Source: Podarcis erhardii (taxonomy: Eukaryota). From it: 64,000 nt of DNA. A model generated the notes under the pieces. It saw only the letters and a list, made by a program, of their open reading frames with translations. It searched no databases and was not told the origin of the DNA. Both the position numbers and the translations under genes were made by a program. Shown piece after piece: positions 1 to 10,900 of the stretch (its first letter is position 1; the number at the start of each line of letters is the position of its first letter). The DNA lies in assembly GCA_964252035.1 (NCBI GenBank), contig OZ176201.1; one strand, given 5' to 3'.

Positions 1-151
1 TGTGAGGCTTAAACATCTTGGAGGAAGGACAGAGCAGAATTCTAAGAAGCAAAGCAGCACAACCCTCACAGGCTCCAAACAAAGACCAGCCCTCTCCTCA
101 AAATATGTTTTAAGTGGAGTCCATCGCAACAGATGTGGCATATAATATGAA

Positions 152-290
152 AGGGAAGGGATGTGGTTCAGTAGCACAACATCTGTTTTGCGCACAGAAG
201 TTCCCATGTTCAAGATCTCAGAGAGCTGCTGCCTGTCAGTGTAGGCTGCCAGCGGCCAGCATGAGGCAGCTTTCCTATGAACCAAAGGAA
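152..290 (+). mobile_element. Squam3-like SINE (degraded, internally deleted)
   Basis: GGGAAGGGATGTGGTTCAGTAG head and GAGGCAGCTTTCCTATG tail. Confidence 0.55.
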
Positions 291-977
291 GCCATTCCTC
301 CTGCACTGCCTATAGGAAGTCAGATCTGGATGAAATGATTCTTTCCTGTCGTGACGGCTCTGAATGCGCTAACTGTCAACGGGCCTAACGGAGGAGACTC
401 TTTAAGGCTGCCTTCTGTCCATTCATGATCTGTGGCTCTCTGCTGCACAAAGACACATTGAGATGGCGCCTTGCCTATGCACAATTGTCCTTTTCTTCAG
501 AACAAGGCCCAGGATGTTGTGGAACCTCTTAGCCCCCTGCACTGTTGACCCTGCCTGACTGTTTTGGCCCTGGGCAAGGAGAAGGAGAGAGAGAGGAGGA
601 GGACAAGAAGCAGCCAGTCCTCTTCACAAGGAGCCCTTTGGGGCTAGTTAGCGGTTCATAGCAGGAAGTGCCCTGACCAGAGAGAACTTAGTGGGGTCAG
701 ACTGTCGCACAAAGGGATACTGTCCTGGACTAACTCACTGGCCAGCAGGGGAGGAGAAAAGCTGGCCTGGACGCTAGCATTCGCCTGGGTCTCCAAAGCA
801 AATCTGTCTTCTTGTCAAAAATGACAGAAAAATATATAGAGACACATGGACATATATACCACCCTAAATCTGGGGACAGAAGCAGCTGCCAGAGGTACCA
901 TCAGACCCCTGCCCAACACTCTCACAAGCCTATAAAAGTGAAAGAACACTTCCCTCTGTTCCTGCGCACAACACTGT

Positions 978-1312
978 GCCCCCAATTGCCCTATACATTT
1001 AAAGCAGTGTCATAGAACTTTAAATAGCCATGGCTTCCCCCAGGGAATCCTGGGAACTGTGTTTTGTTACAGGTACTGAGTGTCGTTAGGAGACCCGTGT
1101 TCTTCCTCACAGAGCTACATTTCCCCAAGTTCCCCAGAAAGAGGGATTGTTTGTTAACCCGCTCTGGGAATTGTAGCTGTATGAAGGGGTCAGGGCTCTC
1201 TTAACAACTCTCAGAACACTTAACAAACGTCAGCTCCCAGGATTCTTCGGGGAGGGGCATGACGGTTAAAAGTGGTATTATACTGCTTTAAATGAATAGT
1301 GCAAATGGGGCC
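978..1312. mobile_element. Palindromic non-autonomous DNA element (squamate hairpin repeat)
   Basis: Long imperfect TIRs GCCCCCAATTGCCCTATACATTTAAAGCAGT / ACTGCTTTAAATGAATAGTGCAAATGGGGC; interior also self-complementary (GAATCCTGGGAA / CTCCCAGGATTC). Confidence 0.75.
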
Positions 1313-1614
1313 CGTGCCCCAGAGCACTGCCTTCTGTTCTGCCTGCTTCTCAACAGGATGGAGACAGAGCTCCTCTGTCAGCCAGAGAAGGACAGGGCTA
1401 CTGTTCTTTCATGCTAGCTTCAGGGCACAGGCCTCCACACCACTAGGTCTCATCAACTCCAGTCGCAGCAGCAAAGCCATGGATTGTAGGAGGGAACTGC
1501 TTTTCTCCCAGAGATACTGTACTCACCTGGGACTCTGTACTTGGGGAGGCTGTACAGCCATGTCCTCTTCCACTAGTCTCCACCCCAAAGTATACTACTA
1601 ACCCCTTTTCAGAT

Positions 1615-1762
1615 TACAGGTAGGTAGCCGTGTTGGTCTGCTGTAGTCGAAACAAAATAAAAAAATCCTTCCAGTAGCACCTTAGAGACCAAATAAGTTT
1701 GTTATTGGTATATTCCTTCCAGTAGCAACTTAGAGACCAACTAAGGTGCTACTGGAAGGAAT
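1615..1762. mobile_element. Penelope-like retroelement terminal fragment with internal inversion
   Basis: GGTAGCCGTGTTGGTCTG...TTCCAGTAGCACCTTAGAGACCAA, then a direct and an inverted copy of that unit, flanked by a 12-bp direct repeat CCCTTTTCAGAT (1603-1614, 1763-1774). Family name is from memory of reptile Penelope termini. Confidence 0.6.
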
Positions 1763-1857
1763 CCCTTTTCAGATGTTCTGTCCACATGTAGACTGTGGAA
1801 TGAATGGGGGAATGGATTGCACTGTTTACCCCCCCCCCCCACGTACAGGCCCAGCAG

Positions 1858-1933
1858 GCTGAGATTCCTGCATTGCAAGGGGTTGGACTATAAGACTGTT
1901 GGTGTCCCTTCCAACTCTACAATTCTATGATTT
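1858..1933 (+). mobile_element. CR1 LINE 3' end
   Basis: GAGATTCCTGCATTGCAAGGGGTTGGACTA...CCCTTCCAACTCTACAATTCTATGATT. Confidence 0.8.
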
Positions 1934-4019
1934 CATCTCTGAAGGGGGTTTCTGTATGTGTACAGCTGCATGTACACACGTTCTCGCATGGGAGCAAGAA
2001 CCCTGATCAGATAGAGGAGCCAAACAGCTGTTTGCAAGAAGCCCTTTCAGTTCTTCTGCTGAATACAAGCAGATTGATAGGTCTGGGCGGGCTAGCAAGG
2101 CCAGCATGGTCGATCCCACACCCAGTCCATGCTTTCAGAGGGAAGGTCTGATCACAGCCACCCTTTGCTTGGGATCTGGGGTCTTGTCCTTTGCTCTGTT
2201 GAGATGCTGTTTCTAGTCAACTCAGCTGGAGGGCCAAACATTCTCTCCCAGCTTATTTCAAATTTACACTGAGGTTTTGTAGATTTCATGGAAAGGAGGG
2301 GTGGATGCAGAACAATGGAAAACAGGAGCACCATACAGTACTCACTCATGCTTCCTTAAAGCCCTGGGAAGTGCTGTTGGTATTCTGAAGAACGGAAAGC
2401 AAATTACAAAAAGGAACAGAACAGAAGCAGGAAGGAGGAACTCATGTTTTCAGCTGGCTGGTGCAGCAAGATGGACAAAAGCTCAGCTGTAGTGTGGTAG
2501 CAGCTATGTAGTGTGGTAGCAGCTATGCCCTTCCTATTGTTTTAGACACCGGCTGAAAACTTTTTATTTCAGCAAGACTATCCAAACACATCATTCAGTT
2601 ATGAATACTTCTTTTAAAAATGTTTTGCTGTTGCAATCTGTGCTTTATTGATAATTATCTTATTATGTACACCTGCTTGGAGAGATTATTCCATCTGAGT
2701 GGCCATTTTTTCTGAAAGCATTAATAAGAGCGTGCATGCAAAACCCAAACCCCTGTAAACGAGAGAGGATATGCTTTGGTTTGAAACATGCAAAGTCTCG
2801 CTCCTGACCATACCTTCTTTTTTTTTTTTTTTAAGAACATGAATGGGAGGAGGAAGGCTAGAGTTGGAAATTAAAGTTGCCTCCCCGCAAAAAAATCATG
2901 GCCATTTGGGACCATATGGTCCATCCCATTTGCTCTTCTATGTTGTTGCCAACCCAGAGGGCAGATTCCCATCCTTCCAAAAGAACCATATGGTTGGGCT
3001 TGGCCTTTCACACTGACAGGGGACTCATTAGCACCTTTTGCTCAGCTCTTCACCTTCCAGCACCTTAATGCTGCTTCCACAGCAAAGCAGAACCGAAGAT
3101 ATTCTGGGTGTCCCCCCTCCCCTGAAACCAGCCAGCTTCATGCCGGAAAGGACCAGCCTGCAGAGACTGGGGCAACAGGAGTTGGGTTCTGATCTAAGCA
3201 ATGCGTCCCCCAGCTGGCTGGATGTCCCAATGCAAAGAAAACCTCCCTTTGCCTGATTTTTTTCCTTTGCTCACGCCTGCCTTACAGTGCCCTGCAAACT
3301 TATTATTCTCACACCCACCCGACCCAAAAAATAATTTTAAAAATCGGCTCAGGCACTAAGGAGCAAAGGTCCAATGAATCTTATTCTGGGGGGGTTAGGC
3401 GTGAATCCTTTGGCGCCAGGGCAAGAGCTCCCTTCCCCCAGTCGCCAGCCCTTGCTAAGTAATGACTCCCATATGCTGCTTAATCAGTTCCACACGTTCC
3501 CGGACCCGGCACTGCTCTCGATTCCCTTTTGCAAATCAGCCCCGTTCCTCATCTGGAGCTGCTCCCTTCCTCCTGATGCTGCGCTCTATTCACTCCACCG
3601 GCTCCTCTCCTCTCCTGGTTCCCCACCCACCCAGCTCCGAGGGGAAGCAATTTCAGATTCGCTGCTTTCAGGAATGGATTCATGATTTCACTTGGGGGGG
3701 GGGGGGCAAACTCACTCCTGAAAGTGGAAGCAAACCGTCCTTTGCCCCAAGTGGTCCTACGACTGCAAACCCAACCACCGCTGTTCTGGTTTCTTTTTCC
3801 TTCCCCTTTTTTTTCCAACGGAGGTTCTATCTATAGCACCACCAGAATGCCCTCCATTCCCAGAGGGCTGACATGGGCAAACTGGGCACGGTGCCACTTC
3901 GCTGCAGCCAGGCCCTTTCCTCTTAAAGACTTTAGGGGGGAGAGAGCGAGCTCACACACTGCACAGCTGCTCCAAGATTCAAAAACTCACACACACACAC
4001 AAAAATCATTTCCCACCCC

Positions 4020-4350
4020 CGCGTCACAAGGGAAGCTTTGAAGTTCCTGCTTATATAGGGACCGTTCTGCGGAGCTGGGCTGTTAAGAAATCTGAGATGT
4101 CCTTTAAAAAAATATAATCACAGGACGTTTGGGGCCTGCGTGCGCGCTCAGCAAGCCCTCGGGCCGTGCAGCGTGATCTGAACTGGGAGCGATGGAGGGG
4201 GCGGGTGTGTGTGGAGGAACAGAGGCGCCGAGGAAATCAGTGGCGATAGAAGAGCCGGCCTCCCCCCCCCCCGTCTTTCCTGCCCGCCCCTCCACCCCGC
4301 TCCGGTCCCACCAATCTGGTTCCAATCTGCGCTTCCTGTGTAGCAGGAAG
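4020..4350 (-). promoter_or_regulatory. Orphan Pol II promoter oriented leftward (gene not identified)
   Basis: TATATAA at 4057-4051 (minus), CCAAT at 4311 and 4322, GC boxes at about 4196 and 4283, local CpG enrichment, and a GTGAGT donor at 3715. Confidence 0.5.
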
Positions 4351-7300
4351 CCCCAGCCTCGCACTCCATAAACTCAAGACAAAAAGGCTTCTATTCAAAC
4401 AGACGCTCTTAATTTAGCTTCTTGCTCTCCCGCCCTCCTCACCGATTCCACAGCCCCCCCCCCCATCCAAGCTCTGGTTTCTTTCTCCAGAAAAGGGAGG
4501 GTTTTTTTGCAAGGAAGCCAAGGCTGGCCCTAGCCCCAACAAATGGGAGGAATGTGAAGTCTTGGGGCTGCCACAAAAAGGGGGGGAAGCACCCCCAAAG
4601 CCTACGTCTGTGTACATGTGTGTGTTATGCATACATGTGTGCAGGCTCATGCGTGCACATGTACACACATATGCATCCACATGTATACAATGAATGGCAG
4701 AATGCCTTACAAAGAGGCAGCTAGCTAGAAGCCATCGTGTAGGACAGTTAATGGCACTACTGGTAAGGCAACCCTATGGAATAAGCGAGGGCTGGCTTAG
4801 GGCATCGCCCAATGTGCCGTAATTCCAACTCTGAGCTAAGTAGGTCTGGGGAGTGGATGGGAGGCTGCCCAGGAATCTTACAAATGCAACCCTGAGCTCA
4901 TTGGAGGAAGGGCAGGATACACAAGTAATAAACAAACATCCGCTTATGTCTTGCTATGTCCTTTCCTGGAAAAGGCTCACCACTGACAGTAGTAAAACAA
5001 GATACAGTGATCCAGTCAGCACAAAATAGCTCAGCACAAATGTATGGTCTCCTATAGATGAGATTGTGACCTCTGCTTCTCATCTGATCCTGCTACTGCT
5101 AAACCACGACTTAGCGTACTGTCCAAACCCTGGCTCATGTTTCATCGAGCTCCAGATAAAGCACGACCTATAACCAAGGTTTGTCCTTGGCTTAACAAAC
5201 CATGGTTTGTCTGGAGGAGATAAACCATGAATCCAGGTTTAGATTAAACCCTAAGCTGTTCACATCAGCATAGCAGCAGCAGCAGCAGGAGCAGAAGAGT
5301 AACAAAGCAGCTGCAATATCTAGGAGCCTACCACATTTACACTAAGCCATGGTTTGGCTTAATATTACATGGAAACTGAAGCCAGTGAACTGCATCCAAA
5401 GATATGTAAGATGTTACAAACGTGAACAGATAAACATGAATTGCAATTCCTAATTGTCAGCATGTATGTCTGCTCTCTATTTCCTTGGCTAGTCACCCTG
5501 TTGTCAGAAGATGCACCCCCCACCCCACCCCCCATATATATATATGAAATTTTATAAACCACTTAATAAAAAAACTTAGTGATGCATATTTAAACAGTAA
5601 AATAATTATCAATAATATGGTCAGAATTAAAAAAAAGATTAGGCATACCTTAATTGTATGTCAAAATAGGCTCGCTGAAATAATTTTTTAAAGCAAGTCT
5701 AAAAGTACAATGAAGGCGCCTGACTGAAGTTAAATGCTAAGGAGTTCCAAAACTTCACAGAAGCCGAACACGTATTAAATGGCACTTGTAAAAGTGCGTG
5801 TTCTGTTGATAGAAGCTGCCAAGTAGGTACATATGGGGCAAGGATGTCTCAATTAAATCGGTCCGAAGCTGCTAAGAGCTTTATATACTACCAGTAAAAC
5901 CATGACCTTGGCTCAGTAGCAAATTGGCAGCAAGTGAAGATCTTTAGGAAGAGGTATAATACGTTGGCACTCCTGTCAGCAATTGTGTTGCAGCACTGAC
6001 AACTGCACTTTATGGGCCAAGTACAGGGCAAGCCCCACAAAGAGTGCAGTGAAGCAAGCCAATCTTGAAGTTACCAGTGCCTAGACTACTGTGGCCACGT
6101 TACCCAGGTCTAGGAGCATATGCAGCTGCCACTCCAGACTGCATGCTTACTCCTTCAGAGGAAGTGCAGTCCCATCCTGGGAAACTCCAATTTCTTGGAC
6201 ACGTGAACCAGGGTCTTGCCAGGATTCCCTTGTCCAGCTCCCCACTACATCTTTGACAGTAATGCCAATCCTACCATAATTATTCATACACAACAACTTG
6301 TCTATCGGCTGAAGGTAATACGGCTGGGTAAATTCTATCGCCTTATGCTGCTCTCAAGATGTCCACCAAGTATCTACTGCATGCCTGCAAGGCACAAGGG
6401 GAACAAATGTTCACTGCCTTGCATGAGGGCCCATTCAAAGCGGTTCAGAACACCCAGTGGATGCACAGATGCCTGTGCGGAAAGGTCAAGAACCAGCATC
6501 TGGGGCTGAGGCTAAAGGAAAGGGGTGTTGAGTTAGGCCAGGGCAAGAAGAGCCAGAGATCCAGCTTGGCACCAGCTGTGTGTGTCAGCTGCAGGTTAAA
6601 GACCATTTCCTGTGTCTGACAGCTCACAGGCAGCCTCGTCTGTGCCTCTCCTTCCACACTGCTGCTAGCCTGATACACACGCCAGGCACCGGCTTCTGAA
6701 ACTAGATCTCCTTCGCCTTCTGCCTGCCAGAAGGGGCTCAGGAAAGGCAGGGTCAGCAGCTGAGTGGGAACAGCCGTCCTCCCCCACACATCGGCTCCTG
6801 GCAAGCTGCTCAGTACCCAGCACCCAGACAGGAGAGATGGAGTAGGAAGTCTCCCCCTCAACACAGTCTGGGAGTTGCTGACATCCCTACGGGGCAGCCA
6901 TTCTAGCACCAGCTCCAGCTGACGAGGCTTGCGCAAGTTCTGACTGCGTGGCCCACTTCCAGGGATAAGGTATGGCTGGGCACCCTGGGAACGGAAGGCA
7001 GTCAGGCCTGAAAGCATCACAGCACCATCATCACCGTGGTGCTCAAGGGCTACAGTGGTTGTCCCACAGCTGCTGTAATGTCTTAAGGGGAACTTGGTCA
7101 GGAGAGGTTCACAGGCTGGACATGCAAATCTTTCCATACCTGTTTGGCTTTGGGCATCACAGCAGCAGCGTAAGAACTAATGGCATGAGGTGCTCTACAT
7201 CTGTCTTGAAACGTCCAAAGCTGCTCTTAGGTGCACTCTGCAGCACAGGACAAGAGCAAACCATTGCAGTTTCATTTAGATTTTTAAGAGCTGGAGCGGG

Positions 7301-7956
7301 AGGGAATTAAGGAGGTACCTGTCTGAATCAATGCCTGTGCCCACACAGAAATGCTCCTAGGTACAGAGCCTCTAATCCAGCTATATGGGATACTGCACTA
7401 GCCTTGGGGAAGGCAGATTCTTGTTCCTGAATGACTTACTCTCCACACTGCAGCACTCCATGTTCTCTCTTCTAGAGACTTGGGAACCTCCAAGTCTGTC
7501 CCTTGCCAGCCACGGCCCTCTTCCCACGGCACGTCCTTCACCAACCCTGCCTCACTCTCTCCTCAAGCAATCTTGCTTAGCTAGGATGTGTCCTTGAACT
7601 CCAATAATGCTTTTTACTTGCCTGGATGGAGGATAGAGAGGTGTGTGTAGACTGGACAAAGTGAAAATGTACATCTGTTGGTCCTCCTCCTTTTGCCTCT
7701 GGTTCCACCCACCTCTGGCATGTGGCCCCCAGGTGATTGTCCAGAACAGAACACGGCCCTTGAGTTGAAAAAGGTCCCCTGCCTCTGATCTACAACCTCA
7801 ACAGAGTTAGCTCTGAGTGTAAAGAACAGCAGCCCATCTAAATGCGCATAGTGTCTCTTTCCTTCCTGCCTTCCCTGCCAGTCTGCTAGGAAAAGCAGGC
7901 CCTACTGAGCTTCTTTCTACCTTCAAAGCATGATGAGCCCAGAGCCCAGGCCTCAC

Positions 7957-10900
7957 CTTGTATATTGGTTGAGACGACAGAGGCTGGAAGCAATTGAGCA
8001 GGGGCTCCGAGAGCTGCAGGAAGCTGTTGCGATAGGAGCTCAGGCGTCTGTGTCGCCACACCAGCTTGTAAAGCTCCAAGCACACCAGACCAGCTACAGC
8101 TGTTGTGGTTGTGGCAATGGCAGGCACAATCCTCCCCACGATCTTCATCGCCTGTGGAAATCAAACTGGGCCTTCAGCATGAAGACAGTGAATGGGAAAG
8201 GGCACCAGAGGTTACTGGAGGGAGGGATGCTGCTAGGCCAGAGACAGACACATGAATGTGTCCCGCCCCACTTTATTTCCTGAAGCTGGCAGGCAACTGG
8301 GGAAAATGACTCCCAAAGTCCCGCCTCCTTTCCTCACCTGCAGCTTATCAGCCGGAGGGATGCCATAGTTCTCAGCTCGCAGATTGGCTGCTGTCATGAC
8401 GAAGTTCAAGTGAATGTCGTTCCCCTGAGGCCAGAGAAGGGTGGCAAAGACAGAGGGGAAAAGAGAAGGGATCTTAGTGGAATGAGGATGAGAACAAAGG
8501 GAGTGCAAGGTCTACATAGGGTGGCAAGGAAACTTAACAGAGGTTACAGCCAGGGTTTGTCTGCATGGTGTGATTTTTTTTAACGATAGAAGAGATGGGG
8601 TGGGGAATCTAGTTCTCCGATGTTGCTAGACCGCAGCTCTCATTGTGACCTGGAATTGGAGTCCAACAAAGTCTGAAGAGCCAAAGGCCTAGAGTCTAGG
8701 AGGCAGAGCTTCAGTTCCCTGCAAAGCTCCTTGCCTTTTCCCATGAATAGCAGGAGCAGAATAAAATGTGCTAATCACAAGCAATTATACACAAATTTGC
8801 ACCACGTGCACAGGCACAGAATCTGACTAAGTAATCATCTGAGTAGCCATGGTACAACATAAGCTTCCCCCAGTGTATGAGGGAGACCACACTACAGGGC
8901 AGAGGCCATCCTTAGCAGACAGAAGGCCCTTGGCATCTGCTGCTAAAATCAGATTGCAGGTGAGATGTTAGAGAGCTTCTACCAGTTTCGGAAAGCAGCA
9001 CTGGGTCAGCAAAACAAATAATCTGATGAGGCAACTTCCTAGTCCTTACGTACGATGATTGGAGAAAGCCTTGTTTATAGAAATAATATGAAAGTGACAA
9101 AAACACACAGTTCCTGGCTAAAGGACTCCATTGCCTGGCTTGATAACCATTTTGTACTCAAGGAACAGACTCTTCTGATCCTTCTTGGCTCGTTTGTTCT
9201 GCACTCAGAAAAGAACACAGCCTGTAGGAGGGTGGGTCATGCGCTGCAAACCACAAACAGGGTTGGGTATAAGGCTGTGTACGCATTAGCACTTTAAAAT
9301 ATGTCTAGGTTGTCCTTTTTCTCACTTTGGATTGATGTTGGTTGTGGAGGAAACACATCAAAACACATAAGAAATTACAAGATGCAGGATAGTTGCTTAT
9401 GTTGTGTGTACACCGCTTCCCAAAAGAGTGGTGGGAGTGTGCTGGATGTGGAGTGAACAGAAGTGTGTACACAGCCTAAGAGAGTAGTAGGCTAGGTACT
9501 ACACAGATTGCGGGAGGGATACTGACCCCAGGCTCATCCCAACCCATTCCTGGCACTCTGGCACCTCCAAAAGCTGGACACAAGCACTGCAGCTTACAGC
9601 AACTGTCAAATTCAGGGACATCTTTGGCTGTGCCGACACCCACCCTCCACCTCCGTTTACATCCAGTGTGCTCTCACCACTGGTTTGGGAAGTGCTGTAC
9701 ATACAACGTTCGCCACAATCTGTATCTATCCTGTCATTTCTTATGAAATACTGCATTTTGATGCATTTTTGTCCAGACCAGTTTCTATCCAGAGAAAAAA
9801 GTACAACCTAGCTGCTTTTTAAACTGGCAAAGTGTACACAACCTTAGGAGTTTTAAATATCCACTCAAACTCTTCCCACAGGAATCAGTGAGACTTGGGT
9901 ACTTAGTTCTACTGGACCAGTAAAGGCAGAAATGAAATTCATACATTCAAGAAACCTGTGGCAAGCAGTGCATATGTAAATCCTGAATATTAATCTACAC
10001 AAAATACAACTTTAAACTTCAGGCACAAACCTCCCCCACCCCTCAAAAACCCTTAAAAGGTCAAAGCAACAAAACATTCCATACAAACCGGGTTTTTTTT
10101 TATTAGGGCTGTTCGACAGCAGCTTTCAACTTAACCTCCAATATATGGAAAATATTCTACCTTAACTGAAATCTGGGCCCCAATCCTGGCAGCTGATGAT
10201 ATATTGGGATATAATCCCCACAAACTCCCCACATTACATCTGCAGTTGTGCAGACAAATGCTCACTGTATGAAGAAACTTCTGTAACAGCAGCTGTGGAG
10301 TAGAAATGGGCCAGCTCCCAACTCTACCAAACACATTAACAAAAAAACCCCCCACAATTCAGCTACTAGTGTCATTTTAGCTGAATAAAACAGTCTCTCA
10401 GCTACAATACAGAACTAAAAGATAGGGGATGGCAGAACACATGCTTTGCCTACAGAAAGCAGCTCCTCATTCAGTGTCCAAAAGGGGCTACAGAACAAGT
10501 AGTCTGGATTGTAACATATTAGCCTGGTTCAGACGTAATGACAAATCATGATTTCCTGTATCTTCCTTACTTAGGGTTGCCATATTTCAAAAAGTGGAAA
10601 TCCGCATACAAAGGTTGTTGAGCTCTTTTTGGCAAAATTGCAATAACATTGGTTATACAGGGCATTCACATTTTAAACATACAGTGGTACCTCGGGTTAA
10701 GTGCTTAATTTGTTCTGGAGGTCTGTTCTTAACCTGAAACTGTTCTTAACCTGAAGCACCACTTTAGCTAATGGGGCCTCCTGCTGCTGCTGTGCTGCCG
10801 GAGCACGATTTCTGTTCTCATCCTGAAGCAAAGTTCTTAACCCAAGGTACTATTTTTGGATTAGCAGAGTCTGTAACCTGAAGCGTATGTAACCTGAAGC

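Noticed and set aside
4295-4320. WWDR on the minus strand resembling the UFD WxxWDR motif
   Set aside because: Lies on the CCAAT boxes of the orphan promoter, has no acceptor, and the flanking residues do not match.
1-6400. Expected human neighbours INKA1 and CDHR4
   Set aside because: No INKA box (QPLVLGDN) or cadherin repeat found on either strand by eye; QLRGE at about 3632 is a chance resemblance to INKA1 QLRWE.
6479-6499. MLVLDLS resembling the LVLELS of the last UBA7 exon
   Set aside because: In-frame TAG a few codons upstream, wrong splice phase, and no acidic/PP motif following.
6445-7137. 230-aa minus ORF as a stand-alone gene
   Set aside because: Its ATG lies within a splice-donor-like GTATGG, and there is no promoter or known domain. 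Only the part from 6723 is kept, as a candidate UBA7 terminal exon.
7612-7630. Second CAG|GCAAGT GC-donor-like site
   Set aside because: No plausible coding exon upstream; it reads equally as an acceptor leading to a stop after 14 codons.
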